This document shows, one piece after another, positions 9,949 to 20,314 of a DNA stretch of 64,000 bases. A program made the translations under genes and the position numbers. The stretch spans positions 40,495-104,494 of the forward strand of contig JANNAQ010000013.1 of assembly GCA_031384515.1 (NCBI GenBank), written 5' to 3'. This stretch comes from Bacteroidia bacterium (GTDB lineage Bacteria > Bacteroidota > Bacteroidia > Cytophagales > Cyclobacteriaceae). The notes under the pieces were generated by a model, which made no database searches, had not been told where the DNA came from, and saw only the letters and a program-made list of their open reading frames with translations. How positions within the stretch are numbered: the stretch's first letter is position 1; each line of letters starts with the position of its first letter.

Positions 9949-10575
9949 TCACATACTTAATGACAACTGTGCACGGCTGACTGGCGCATCAAGTGGCACA
10001 AGATAATCACGTTTCGTATTTACTTCGCGGCACATCACTCGGGTTCGCTTCAACCTCCCTTTCTTAAACCATCTGCCATGTAAACCAAAAACACTCCCTT
10101 CAGGAATCTGTGACAACAGGATAATGGAGTTCTTATTTACATCAAACGACCGAAGTGCAGCTGTCAACTCTGAATCGGAAAAGGAAGATGCTTTTGGTTG
10201 TAGCATATGCCGTTTCAAAACTACCAAGAGTGTAGGAGGAAAAATCTCATCCGTTAGGATAGGCAACATTAGTTGCTGAAATGTTTTCTTCCATTGATCT
10301 CCATGGGCCTCCACTCGATGGCCAAAAAAGGAATGTGCTTCCAGGTGCGCAACCTCATGAACGTATGTGATCAGAAAGGAGTAAGGATGAAGATCAGAAT
10401 TTACTGTGATTCGAGGAGTTTGGCCTGATCTAAAGGTAAAGTCACCAGCCTTTGTGATCCTCGCTTTGCGCAATTTGAAGACAAATTTATACTTCATCCA
10501 AAGATTGAAGCAGTACTCTACGGCAGGTGCCGGTAAGTGTTGTTGAAGTGTTGAAAGTAGTTTGTCTTGATTCAC
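9949..10575 (-). CDS. SprT-like zinc metalloprotease
   Basis: RITKAGDF, ITYVHEVAHL (HExxH), AHGDQWK. Confidence 0.9.
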   Translation of the reverse strand: MNQDKLLSTLQQHLPAPAVEYCFNLWMKYKFVFKLRKARITKAGDFTFRSGQTPRITVNSDLHPYSFLITYVHEVAHLEAHSFFGHRVEAHGDQWKKTFQQLMLPILTDEIFPPTLLVVLKRHMLQPKASSFSDSELTAALRSFDVNKNSIILLSQIPEGSVFGLHGRWFKKGRLKRTRVMCREVNTKRDYLVPLDAPVSRAQLSLSM

Positions 10576-10603
10576 TCGTATGTATTCTTGCCGGTTGGGG
10601 CAT

Positions 10604-10634
10604 AAAAAAAGGCTTTAGTTTTCTAAAGCCTTTT
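10604..10634 (-). terminator. Intrinsic terminator of the small lipoprotein gene
   Basis: AAAAGGCTTTAG-TTTT-CTAAAGCCTTTT perfect 12-bp stem with flanking A/T tracts. Confidence 0.85.
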
Positions 10635-10670
10635 GGTTTCAATCATTTCAGATTGGCACGCAATAGATGA

Positions 10671-10841
10671 TTACTGAGCTGCAGTAGTATCAGTTGCGGT
10701 AGTGTCAGCTGCAGGTGCTGCAGTTGTGTCAACAGCTTCGGTTGCTGCTTCTGTGCTCTCAGTAGTTTCAGTCTTACCACCACAAGCAACAAATGCAATT
10801 GCAAAACCGCATACCATTAACAATGCGATAATTTTTTTCAT
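10671..10841 (-). CDS. Small Thr/Ala-rich lipoprotein (56 aa, not in the ORF track)
   Basis: MKKIIALLMVCGFAIAFVAC-GGKTETTESTEAATEAVDTTAAPAADTTATDTTAAQ; lipobox, own promoter and terminator. Confidence 0.88.
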   Translation of the reverse strand: MKKIIALLMVCGFAIAFVACGGKTETTESTEAATEAVDTTAAPAADTTATDTTAAQ

Positions 10842-10866
10842 AGTTTACAGGTTTTAAAAATTTCTG

Positions 10867-10874
10867 CAAAGATA
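10867..10874 (-). promoter_or_regulatory. -7 promoter element for the small lipoprotein gene
   Basis: TATCTTTG on the minus strand, 25 bp upstream of the ATG. Confidence 0.65.
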
Positions 10875-10913
10875 CACGAATGGCCTGATTTTAAGGCAAG
10901 TGGTTTAAAAATT

Positions 10914-12221
10914 TTATTTTTTTCTAAAAAACAACCGTAAGGGTACCCCCTCGAAGTCAAAATTCGCTCGGATCTTATTCTCTAAAAATCTTGAATAAGA
11001 CTCTTGTATATACTGGGGTAAATTACAAAAGAATGCAAACGATGGAGATTTGGCTGAGACCTGTGTAATGTACTTTATTTGAATGTGTTTCCCCTTTGTA
11101 GCAGCGGGCGGATAATGAGCTATTTCAGGAAGAATGGCATCGTTTAATTGTGAGGTCGGTACCTTTTTTGTCTTATTGTGGTAAACAGCTACTGCTTTTT
11201 CAATGACTTGAAATATTCTCTGTTTCGTAAGCACGGAGGCGAAAATTACTGGCAGATAATCAATTGGCTTTAATCGGTCTTCAATTTCCTTCTTGAATTT
11301 ATCTGAAGTTTTACTGTCTTTTTCAACCAGGTCCCACTTGTTCACCATGATTACCATACCCTTACCCTGCTTTTGAGCCAGGCTTATCAGACTCACATCT
11401 TGCGATTCCAGACCACGCTCGGCATCTACGATGTACACACAAACATCGCTATCTTCTAACGCTCTTAATGAGCGAAGCACGGAATAGAACTCTATATCCT
11501 CTGTCACTTTAGCTCTTTTGCGGATCCCCGCTGTATCAATGAGTATAAAGTCATTGCCAAACATTTTATAATGAGAGTGAATGGCATCACGAGTTGTTCC
11601 TGCTTCATCAGTCACAATACTTCGCTCATGTCCAAGTAATACGTTTAGAAAGGACGACTTGCCAACGTTGGGTCTCCCCAGAATTGTAATCTTGGGAATG
11701 CCGGCATCAGGATCTTCAACACCTTCACTTGGAAATACTTTGACCAATTCATCTAATAGCTCGCCAGTTCCTGACCCATTCTCAGATGAGATGGGATACA
11801 CCTCACCCATTCCCAACTGATAAAACTCATTTGCTTGCGCGGATTTGTTTGGCGTATCAGCTTTGTTGGCGGCAACAAATACAGGCTTTTTAGATTTGCG
11901 AATGATGTTAGCAAACTCTTGATCGTAGCCCGTGAGTCCTGTTTGACAATCAACCATAAAGATTACGGCAATCGCTTCTTCGATGGCGTGTTCAACTTGC
12001 TTGCGTATTTGGGATTCAAACTTATCATCCGATCCTGTTACGTATCCTCCGGTATCGATAATAGTAAAAAACTTACCTGTCCATTCGGCATACCCGTAAT
12101 GACGATCGCGTGTAACGCCTGGCATGTCATCCATGATGGCCTGACGCTTTTCTACCAACCGGTTAAAAAATGTTGACTTCCCCACATTGGGTCTACCTAC
12201 TATTGCTATAACATTTGCCAT
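10914..12221 (-). CDS. der: Ribosome biogenesis GTPase Der (EngA)
   Basis: Two GRPNVGKS P-loops and a C-terminal KH-like domain. Confidence 0.97.
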   Translation of the reverse strand: MANVIAIVGRPNVGKSTFFNRLVEKRQAIMDDMPGVTRDRHYGYAEWTGKFFTIIDTGGYVTGSDDKFESQIRKQVEHAIEEAIAVIFMVDCQTGLTGYDQEFANIIRKSKKPVFVAANKADTPNKSAQANEFYQLGMGEVYPISSENGSGTGELLDELVKVFPSEGVEDPDAGIPKITILGRPNVGKSSFLNVLLGHERSIVTDEAGTTRDAIHSHYKMFGNDFILIDTAGIRKRAKVTEDIEFYSVLRSLRALEDSDVCVYIVDAERGLESQDVSLISLAQKQGKGMVIMVNKWDLVEKDSKTSDKFKKEIEDRLKPIDYLPVIFASVLTKQRIFQVIEKAVAVYHNKTKKVPTSQLNDAILPEIAHYPPAATKGKHIQIKYITQVSAKSPSFAFFCNLPQYIQESYSRFLENKIRANFDFEGVPLRLFFRKK

Positions 12222-12231
12222 TTTCTTACTT

Positions 12232-12313
12232 TATCAATTAGTCAATTATCAATTAGCCTATGAATGATATTACCGCAAAGTCAAGCATTGGCTAATTGAC
12301 TCATTGATCATTG
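12232..12313. repeat. Heptamer tandem-repeat palindrome in the era-der intergenic region
   Basis: Three TCAATTA units then GCC, ~31-bp spacer, then GGC-TAATTGA-C-TCATTGA-TCATTG; 10-bp perfect core TCAATTAGCC/GGCTAATTGA. Confidence 0.8.
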
Positions 12314-12318
12314 GCACA

Positions 12319-13200
12319 TTACTCAATGTATCCGAACCTCTTTAACTTATCCTTTTCTTTCCTCCAGTTATCAGCCACCTTCACATGGGTTTCAAGAAAA
12401 ACTTGCTTTCCAAAGAATGTTTCCAGGTCTTTCCTCGCCTCTGTGCCTACTTTCTTCAGCGAACTTCCTGCCTTGCCAATTAGGATTCCTTTTTGTGAAT
12501 CTCGTTCAATAAAAAGTATAGCCCGTATGCGAATAATCTTGTCTTCTTCCTTAAAGGATTCAATAGAAACTTCCGTACTGTATGGAATCTCTTGTTCGTA
12601 ATTCAAAAATATTTTTTCGCGAATGATTTCTGATGCAAAAAACCGTTCCGACCTGTCCGTCATTTCATCCTTGGGATAGTAGGCCGGATGTTCGGGTAAC
12701 ATATGCTTAATTGTCGTTAAAACCTTATCCAGATTTTCTCCTGTCTTCGCTGAAACCGTTATGATTTCGGTATCAGGTAGCTGGGTTTTCCAATAAGTTA
12801 CTTTGTCTTCCACGGCTGATCCTTTGCCCAGGTCAACCTTGTTTATTAATAATAAAATAGGTGTGTTTACTTTCTTAAGCCGCGCAAAAGTTTCCTCGTC
12901 ATATTTCTGATCTAGTTCTACTACAAGCAGAATCAAATCAGAATCTTCCAACGAGACATTAACATAACTCATCATGGCCTTTTGCAACTCATACTTGGGT
13001 TCTAAAATACCAGGAGTATCAGAATACACAATTTGAAAGTCGTCACCATTAAGCATGCCCATGATCCGGTGGCGGGTGGTCTGTGCTTTGTTGGTGATGA
13101 TGGAGAGATTTTCGCCCACGAGCTTATTCATAAGGCTGGACTTGCCCACATTGGGCTTCCCAACAATACTTACAAACCCTGCTTTATGAGGTGTGGACAT
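12319..13200 (-). CDS. era: GTPase Era
   Basis: GKPNVGKSSL, KAQTTR, DTPG, KH domain; start MSTPHKAG at 13200. Confidence 0.97.
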   Translation of the reverse strand: MSTPHKAGFVSIVGKPNVGKSSLMNKLVGENLSIITNKAQTTRHRIMGMLNGDDFQIVYSDTPGILEPKYELQKAMMSYVNVSLEDSDLILLVVELDQKYDEETFARLKKVNTPILLLINKVDLGKGSAVEDKVTYWKTQLPDTEIITVSAKTGENLDKVLTTIKHMLPEHPAYYPKDEMTDRSERFFASEIIREKIFLNYEQEIPYSTEVSIESFKEEDKIIRIRAILFIERDSQKGILIGKAGSSLKKVGTEARKDLETFFGKQVFLETHVKVADNWRKEKDKLKRFGYIE

Positions 13201-13221
13201 ACTTTTATGGCAATCAGGCCG

Positions 13222-13229
13222 CAAAAGTA
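13222..13229 (-). promoter_or_regulatory. -7 promoter element for era-der
   Basis: TACTTTTG on the minus strand. Confidence 0.6.
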
Positions 13230-13343
13230 CGGTTTATTTAGGGAATGAGTAGGCTTGGCTCTGCTTGCGCCAATGTCGATAGAAAGAGTTGCCAATCTTT
13301 TTCAAATTGATAACTAATAAGGTTTTCTCTATTTAAAGAACTA

Positions 13344-15485
13344 CTACATCGCCTTCTTCAACATTGGAGGAGTAACGCCCATATTATACCAGGTGAATGC
13401 AAACTCATCAGCTCTTTCTTCAATTGCTTTGGAAAGATTAGAAGAGCTGTGACCAGATTTTGTTTCAACACGAATCAATACGGGGTTATCACTGACATGA
13501 TTTTCCTGCATAGTTGCTGCAAACTTATAGGAGTGTGAAGGAACCACGCGATCATCATGGTCAGCTGTTGTTACTAACGTGGCCGGATACGCAGTGCCTG
13601 GCTTGAAGGCATGAACCGGTGAATATTTTTTTAGGTATTCAAACATTTCTTTGGAATCTTCTGCTGTTCCATAATCATATGCCCAACCGGCACCCGCAGT
13701 AAATTTATTGTAGCGCAGCATGTCCATTACACCAACTGCTGGTAAAGCAACTTTCATTAGCTCCGGACGCTGAGTCATTGTCGCCCCAACTAAAAGTCCC
13801 CCGTTAGAGCCACCCTCGATAGCCAAATAGTTTGATGAAGTATATTTCTCTTTTATTAGGTATTCGGCTGCCGCGATAAAATCGTCAAACACGTTTTGCT
13901 TGTTCATTTTTGTGCCTGCTAAGTGCCACTTCTCACCGTATTCACCACCACCGCGGAGGCAAGGTTGTGCGTATACACCACCATTCTCTAACCAAACAAT
14001 TCTTGAAGTAGAAAAGGCAGGAGTTAGACTTACATTAAAACCGCCATAAGCATACAGCAAGGTTGCATTTTTTCCATCGAGGGCAAGTCCCTTTTTATGC
14101 GTAATGAACATTGGAATTTTTGTGCCGTCTTTGCTGGCATAGAAAACTTGTTTTGTTTCATAATCATCTGAATTAAAATCTACTTTCGGCTTTTCATACA
14201 CCTCAGATTTGCCGGAGCCTAGATCATATTTGAAAATAGTAGCCGGATAAGTGAATGACGTGAACGTATAAAAAACTTCTTTGTCACCCATCTTTCCATT
14301 GAAGCCACCGGCACTTCCAATACCCGGCAACTCAACTTCACGCTCCAGCTTTCCAGAATAGTCAAATTGTTTGATCAGCGTGCTGGCGTCTTTTAAATAA
14401 TCTATCAACATCTTTTTGCCAGCCGTACTTACACTTTGCATAGCTTGTTCTGTTTCAGGCACGATGTCTTTCCAATTTTCTACAACAGGACTTTTGAAAT
14501 CAACTTCAACGATTTTACTATTAGGCGCACCTAGGTTTGTTTGGATAATCAGGCGGCTTCCGTTATTATCAACTATGTTGTGATCGTTATCAAAATTTCC
14601 AACGATAGTTACCAATTTTCCTTGTGGATCCTTTAAGTCTTGTGCGTATAGTTCATTGCCCGTTGTACTGGTGCGCGCTGAGATTATCAGAAAGCGTTCG
14701 TCTTCCGTAAGACCGGCATTGGCATATCTTCTTGGAGTTTTCTCACCGCCAAAAATCATAACGTCCGATTTTTGTGGAGTATTTAGTTTATGATAATAGA
14801 CCTTATGATATTGAGTTTTTGCACTTAGTTCGCTGCCCTTCGGCTTATCATAACTGCTATAATAGAATCCTTCGTTACCCCTCCAGGAAATGCCTGTGAA
14901 TTTCAAATCACGGAGTGTATCGCCAATCATGGTTTTATCGGCTGTCTTAATCACAACGGCTTTGCGCCAGTCCGATCCCCCCGCTTGGATAAGATAAGCT
15001 GCCATCGATCCGTCTTTTGTAAGCGAAATTCCACCTAGCGCAGTAGTCCCATCTTTTGAAAATCCATTTGGATCAAGGAATACCTCAGGTTGTCCATCAA
15101 TTCCTTTTTTCCTATAAAGGACACTGTGATTTTGGAGCCCATCATTTTTATAGAAATAATAATAATCACCTTCTTTAAATGGCGCAGAGAGCCGTTCGTA
15201 GTTATAGACTTCCTCTAACCGTTTCTTGATCTGATCCCGAAAAGGAATTGCCTTTAGGTATCCAAATGTTACCTCATTTTGTGATTCCACCCAATCACCG
15301 GTTGCTTTCGAAGTATCATTTTCAAGCCATCGATACGGATCAGGAACCTTGGTATCAAAGTAAGTATCTACCGTATCGGTTTTAACTGTGACCGGATATT
15401 TCATGGTGACTGCATTCTCTTTTGGTGAATTACAGGAAGAGAGTACAATGAAAACGGATATGGGTAATAACAGTTTTTTATTCAT
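13344..15485 (-). CDS. Prolyl oligopeptidase (S9A), lipoprotein
   Basis: DPYRWLE, GGSNGG (Ser), HDDRV (Asp), SGH (His); lipobox LSSC. Confidence 0.95.
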   Translation of the reverse strand: MNKKLLLPISVFIVLSSCNSPKENAVTMKYPVTVKTDTVDTYFDTKVPDPYRWLENDTSKATGDWVESQNEVTFGYLKAIPFRDQIKKRLEEVYNYERLSAPFKEGDYYYFYKNDGLQNHSVLYRKKGIDGQPEVFLDPNGFSKDGTTALGGISLTKDGSMAAYLIQAGGSDWRKAVVIKTADKTMIGDTLRDLKFTGISWRGNEGFYYSSYDKPKGSELSAKTQYHKVYYHKLNTPQKSDVMIFGGEKTPRRYANAGLTEDERFLIISARTSTTGNELYAQDLKDPQGKLVTIVGNFDNDHNIVDNNGSRLIIQTNLGAPNSKIVEVDFKSPVVENWKDIVPETEQAMQSVSTAGKKMLIDYLKDASTLIKQFDYSGKLEREVELPGIGSAGGFNGKMGDKEVFYTFTSFTYPATIFKYDLGSGKSEVYEKPKVDFNSDDYETKQVFYASKDGTKIPMFITHKKGLALDGKNATLLYAYGGFNVSLTPAFSTSRIVWLENGGVYAQPCLRGGGEYGEKWHLAGTKMNKQNVFDDFIAAAEYLIKEKYTSSNYLAIEGGSNGGLLVGATMTQRPELMKVALPAVGVMDMLRYNKFTAGAGWAYDYGTAEDSKEMFEYLKKYSPVHAFKPGTAYPATLVTTADHDDRVVPSHSYKFAATMQENHVSDNPVLIRVETKSGHSSSNLSKAIEERADEFAFTWYNMGVTPPMLKKAM

Positions 15486-15529
15486 TAGAAGTTTATTTAG
15501 TAGCGTAAGCGTTTTATACTTTTAGTTGC

Positions 15530-16804
15530 TTAGTTTATCCACTCAAATCCTGTAAAGGGTACCAATACTTTTGGAATCTTAATTCCATCTTTCGTTTGAT
15601 TGTTTTCTAAAATAGAGGCCACTATTCTAGGGAGTGCCAGCGCACTTCCATTCAAGGTATGAAGTAGTTGTGTTTTTCCTTCTTTGTTTTTATAGCGCAG
15701 CTTCAATCGATTAGCCTGAAAGGTTTCGAAGTTACTTACGGAACTCACCTCTAACCACCGTTGTTGGGCAGCGGAAAATACTTCCATATCGTAAGTCATG
15801 GCAGAGTTTACACCCATATCGCCACCACATAATAATAATTTACGATACGGTAGTTCAAGTTTTTCTAAGAGACTTTGCACGTGTAAGCACATTTCGTCCA
15901 GCACGGCATAAGACTCTTCCGGCTTTCTTATTTGAACAATTTCTACTTTGTCGAATTGATGCAGGCGGTTCAATCCTCTTACATGCGCTCCCCAACTCCC
16001 GGCTTCTCTTCGAAAACACGGTGTATAGCCAGCATTTTTTATCGGAAGATCCGTTTCGCTTAACATAACATCACGATAAAGATTAGTGATGGGTACCTCG
16101 GCCGTTGGGATTAAATACAATTTATCTTCTCCAATAAAATACATTTGGCCTTCCTTATCCGGAAGCTGGCCAGTGCCATAGCCAGAAGCTTCATTGACAA
16201 CAATGGGCGGCTGTATTTCTGTGTAACCAGCGTTGTCAGCTTCGTTCAAAAAGAAATTGATGAGGGCACGCTGTAGTTTGGCACCTTTGCCTTTATAAAC
16301 GGGAAAGCCCGCCCCCGAAATTTTGATGCCTAGATCAAAATCTATGATGTCATATTTTTTAATAAGTTCCCAGTGCGGTAGCGCATCTGCAGCTAACTGA
16401 GGAATCGTCCCATGCTCATATACGGTGATATTGTCTTCTGAACTTTTACCAGCCGGTACTTTCTCATGAGGAACATTTGGAATGGCGTATAGCCCTTTCA
16501 GAACTTTTTCCTCAAACGCAGAAAGATCATTTTCTAAACTCTTAATTGCATCCTTGTCGGAAGTGACTGAGGCTCGAAGCGCAGCTGCCTCATCAGTCTT
16601 TCCGGTTTTCATGAGTTCGCCAACTTTTCTTGAATCAGTATTAGATCGAGCTTTTAAGTCATCCAACTTTCTTTGGGTGTCCTTGCGATGTTGATCTGCC
16701 TCTAAAACAGTTTGTAGGAGTTCTTGCACATTTTTTATTCCGCGCTTAGCCAACCCTTCAATAACTCTTTCTTTGTTTTCGCGGATGGTATTTACTTGTA
16801 ACAT
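15530..16804 (-). CDS. serS: Serine--tRNA ligase
   Basis: LIPTAEVP, FRREAG, HQFDKVE, EVSSVSN, HTLNGSALA. Confidence 0.98.
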   Translation of the reverse strand: MLQVNTIRENKERVIEGLAKRGIKNVQELLQTVLEADQHRKDTQRKLDDLKARSNTDSRKVGELMKTGKTDEAAALRASVTSDKDAIKSLENDLSAFEEKVLKGLYAIPNVPHEKVPAGKSSEDNITVYEHGTIPQLAADALPHWELIKKYDIIDFDLGIKISGAGFPVYKGKGAKLQRALINFFLNEADNAGYTEIQPPIVVNEASGYGTGQLPDKEGQMYFIGEDKLYLIPTAEVPITNLYRDVMLSETDLPIKNAGYTPCFRREAGSWGAHVRGLNRLHQFDKVEIVQIRKPEESYAVLDEMCLHVQSLLEKLELPYRKLLLCGGDMGVNSAMTYDMEVFSAAQQRWLEVSSVSNFETFQANRLKLRYKNKEGKTQLLHTLNGSALALPRIVASILENNQTKDGIKIPKVLVPFTGFEWIN

Positions 16805-16823
16805 TTACATTGATTTTAATTGT

Positions 16824-16831
16824 CAAAATTA
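16824..16831 (-). promoter_or_regulatory. -7 promoter element for serS
   Basis: TAATTTTG on the minus strand. Confidence 0.6.
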
Positions 16832-17076
16832 CGCTATCCCTATAAGATTTTTTTGCTCTTGGTTTGATAATATTCAATTTTGACCTATACTTGCAGGGTC
16901 ATTAGGCCTTTTTCTCAGGGTCATCTGCACAAAAAAACCCAGTACTTTACGACTTTCTTTTATCCCAACGAGCTTTAGAATGTTTCAGACTTTGTGCTGA
17001 TTTCCCTGCGTGATTTTAATATCGACATATATTTTCTCTCATTAATTTTTATCAAACCAAATTTTTTTAATCCCTC

Positions 17077-18672
17077 ATGTACACTATTGACGACCTGAAT
17101 GTCAGACTCCTTTCTGAATTGAAGGACATTGCCGAAGGCTTAGGCATCAAGAATGCCAAGAAACTCGGAAAGCAAGAACTTGTTTACAAAATCCTCGATG
17201 AACAAGCTGTTGACGGAGAAGCAACCCCGGTAAAGAAGACAAGTGAAAAACCATCAGGGGCTGAGCCAGAACGAAAAATGCGACCACGCAGGCGAGAGAA
17301 TGTTGCGCCCGAAGTTGAGAAAGCTCCAGAAAAGGATCTTTCTTCTGAAGAACTTCTACACTCCATAGATGCAGATACAGAACCTGTGGTACCAAGCTTT
17401 GACGAGCCAATAGAAAACATTGTAGTCTCAAATGAAGCTCCAGCTCGAGTGCATGAAGAGATGAGAGATTTGCCTTTGGGCGAACCAAATCCGAATCCAA
17501 ACCAACGTGAAGACCGTCACCAAGGGCAACAACGGAAAGAAAATAATATCAAAGATTTTGACGGATTGATTGCCAACGAAGGTGTGTTGGAGATTATGCA
17601 AGATGGCTATGGCTTCTTGCGCTCTTCTGATTATAACTACCTGGCCAGCCCTGACGATATCTATGTATCACCTTCACAAATAAAATTATTTGGATTAAAA
17701 ACGGGTGATACGGTAAAAGGATTAATTCGTCCGCCAAAAGAAGGTGAAAAATATTTCGCTTTATTGAAGGTAGAAAGTGTAAGTGGAAAGACAACGGAAG
17801 AAATCCGTGACCGAGTTGCATTTGAATACCTGACACCTCTTTTTCCGGAAGAGAAGTTGAGGTTGAGTACAACTGCCGACAATATGTCTACCAGGATATT
17901 GGATTTATTTTGTCCAATAGGGAAAGGACAACGTGGAATGATCGTAGCTCAGCCTAAAACTGGTAAAACAGTTTTGTTGAAACACATCGCCAATGCGATT
18001 GCTGAAAATCATCCTGAAGTCTATTTGCTCGTGTTGTTGATCGATGAACGCCCGGAGGAGGTGACAGACATGGCTCGAAGTGTGAAAGCGGAAGTAATAG
18101 CTTCAACGTTTGATGAACAGGCCGAACGTCACGTTAAAGTGGCCAGCATTGTTTTAGAGAAGGCGAAGCGCATGGTTGAATGCGGACATGATGTTGTTAT
18201 TTTATTGGATTCTATTACAAGGTTAGCACGCGCATACAACACGGTTGTTCCATCTTCCGGAAAGATTCTTTCAGGTGGTGTGGACGCAAATGCGCTGCAT
18301 AAACCAAAACGTTTCTTTGGGGCCGCGCGAAATATTGAAGGAGGTGGATCACTCACTATCATTGCTACTGCTTTGATTGATACCGGTTCGAAAATGGACG
18401 AAGTAATTTTTGAAGAGTTTAAAGGAACTGGTAACATGGAGTTGGTGCTTGACCGCAAGCTTTCTAACAAACGTGTTTATCCAGCCATTGATGTAACCGC
18501 ATCCGGCACAAGACGTGAAGACTTGTTGTTAAAAGAAGAAGAACTGGCTCGCGTTTGGATTTTACGCAAGTACATGGCTGACATGAACAGTAATGAAGCT
18601 ATGGAATTACTTTTAAACAGAATGAAAGGTACGCGCAACAATCAGGAGTTTTTGATTTCTATGAATAGCTAA
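17077..18672 (+). CDS. rho: Transcription termination factor Rho with N-terminal insertion
   Basis: [42 protein letters not shown]. Confidence 0.98.
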   Translation: MYTIDDLNVRLLSELKDIAEGLGIKNAKKLGKQELVYKILDEQAVDGEATPVKKTSEKPSGAEPERKMRPRRRENVAPEVEKAPEKDLSSEELLHSIDADTEPVVPSFDEPIENIVVSNEAPARVHEEMRDLPLGEPNPNPNQREDRHQGQQRKENNIKDFDGLIANEGVLEIMQDGYGFLRSSDYNYLASPDDIYVSPSQIKLFGLKTGDTVKGLIRPPKEGEKYFALLKVESVSGKTTEEIRDRVAFEYLTPLFPEEKLRLSTTADNMSTRILDLFCPIGKGQRGMIVAQPKTGKTVLLKHIANAIAENHPEVYLLVLLIDERPEEVTDMARSVKAEVIASTFDEQAERHVKVASIVLEKAKRMVECGHDVVILLDSITRLARAYNTVVPSSGKILSGGVDANALHKPKRFFGAARNIEGGGSLTIIATALIDTGSKMDEVIFEEFKGTGNMELVLDRKLSNKRVYPAIDVTASGTRREDLLLKEEELARVWILRKYMADMNSNEAMELLLNRMKGTRNNQEFLISMNS

Positions 18673-18713
18673 TTCTTAAATAGTTTTTTCGCTTCCTAGC
18701 CAAGCCATATCAA

Positions 18714-18751
18714 GAAGCACTCTTATGAAAATTAGAGTGCTTCCTTTTTTT
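18714..18751 (+). terminator. Intrinsic terminator after rho
   Basis: GAAGCACTCT(18714-23)/AGAGTGCTTC(18734-43) stem followed by a T-tract. Confidence 0.85.
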
Positions 18752-18803
18752 AACCAGGTGTTATTGTAAAGAGAAATTGATTGGAACTTTACTGGAAGGC
18801 TTC

Positions 18804-19685
18804 TTATTCTACGCCACTCAATTTTATTTCAAAAATGAGATTCGAGTTAGCTGGTATCGTACTACTTGCGTTTGTTCCGTATCCTAAACCAGAAGGAATA
18901 TAAAATGTGGCTGTAGTTCCACTTTTGATAAGGGGCAGCCCAATTTTAAGACCATCGATTAGATCAAACATAATTTGTTTTGAAATTTCACCTTCCTGGA
19001 AGACTGATCCTGTAGAAAGTAGTGACCCTTTATAAGTAAATGAAATAAGGTCATAAAGGGTTGGTTTTGTTCCAGTGCCAGCATCATCACTACTATACCA
19101 AATTCCACTGGCGACTTTTGTTGCCTTTATTTTTTGTAAGGCCAGATAATTTCGAATAGTGGTAGTATCTGCTTTAAATTGTATGAGTTCAAGATCAGTC
19201 ATCACCACTTTCTCTAATACCACTTCATAAGCAACGGTTGCATTTGGTGGTACTTTTTCTGTCCCTGCTTTACCAAAAGCATGGCTTGATGCCATGAAAA
19301 TAGTTGCCTGAGTTCCTTCTGGAATTGATTCTATCCCATATCGCAACCCTCTGACGGGAATGCTTTCAAGTAAGTCATCAATGGTTCCTGTTTCAAAAAT
19401 GCTCCAATCCGATAGTAGCCGGCCTGTGTAAGACACCTTAACAGTCTGGCCATTATGTGGCGGTGCACCTGAACCAAAACCAGTAATCCCGATTTGAATG
19501 CCGGAGTTATTCCCTTTGGTCACCTTTTTAAAAGTAGCGCCAGACAGGTAATTATCAATCGCTTTTATTTCATCTTGAAGCTGTACGGCTTCATGATCAG
19601 TAACATCCAAGCAGCTTGAGAGAAGTAATGAAACTAGAAAAACTATTTTAATTGCGCGCATACTGGTATCTCCTTTCCGCCTCAT
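18804..19685 (-). CDS. FKBP-type peptidyl-prolyl isomerase with two FKBP domains, lipoprotein
   Basis: Lipobox LSSC; two repeats of V.Y.G.LL...F and IPS.LGYG...IP.N..L.FE.L motifs. Confidence 0.88.
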   Translation of the reverse strand: MRRKGDTSMRAIKIVFLVSLLLSSCLDVTDHEAVQLQDEIKAIDNYLSGATFKKVTKGNNSGIQIGITGFGSGAPPHNGQTVKVSYTGRLLSDWSIFETGTIDDLLESIPVRGLRYGIESIPEGTQATIFMASSHAFGKAGTEKVPPNATVAYEVVLEKVVMTDLELIQFKADTTTIRNYLALQKIKATKVASGIWYSSDDAGTGTKPTLYDLISFTYKGSLLSTGSVFQEGEISKQIMFDLIDGLKIGLPLIKSGTTATFYIPSGLGYGTNASSTIPANSNLIFEIKLSGVE

Positions 19686-19717
19686 AACGATTCTATTGAT
19701 ATTTTATTTTAAGAATG

Positions 19718-19725
19718 CAAAGATA
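19718..19725 (-). promoter_or_regulatory. -7 promoter element for the FKBP gene
   Basis: TATCTTTG on the minus strand. Confidence 0.55.
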
Positions 19726-19785
19726 AGAGAACGTTTATATCAACTTAAATAATTATGCTTCCGCAAGTTTCACCCTAATGTAGAG

Positions 19786-20259
19786 TTAGTTTAGTTTGAA
19801 ATAAGCTGCGTTAAGAATAGTAGCAAAACTTACCCAAAGCAAATACGGAATATTGAGATATGCCGCCATTGGTTTCATTTTATAGAATAGTAGGAGCATG
19901 AAAACGATACTCGACCAAAGCGCAATAATCTCTATCATAGCAAAGCCAATCGTTTTAAAATAGAAGAAGAAAAAACTCCAACCAAAATTTAGAACCAATT
20001 GCACTCCGAATGAGACAAGAGCCAAATTCCGTTCCTTACCGGGTTCAAGTGACCATATCATATAGAGAGATATTCCCATTAGGATATATAAGGTGGTCCA
20101 CACGGGGCCGAAGAGCCAATTCGGAGGATTGAAGGAGGGCTGATTTAAACTAGCATACCAGGTGGGAATAGCTCTTGCTGTAAATAATCCACTAATGGCA
20201 CCAATACCAAGAGGCAGTAGTAGCGAGATGATGAACTTGGTGACTGAAGACATATTCAT
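19786..20259 (-). CDS. tspO: TspO/MBR tryptophan-rich sensory protein
   Basis: WYASLNQPSFNPPNWLFGPVWTTLY, LVLNFGWSFFFF, PYLLWVSFATILN. Confidence 0.95.
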   Translation of the reverse strand: MNMSSVTKFIISLLLPLGIGAISGLFTARAIPTWYASLNQPSFNPPNWLFGPVWTTLYILMGISLYMIWSLEPGKERNLALVSFGVQLVLNFGWSFFFFYFKTIGFAMIEIIALWSSIVFMLLLFYKMKPMAAYLNIPYLLWVSFATILNAAYFKLN

Positions 20260-20314
20260 AAAAGCATTTTCTAATTCTATGGAGCTAATGGAAAATATAT
20301 AATTGTAACCGTTT

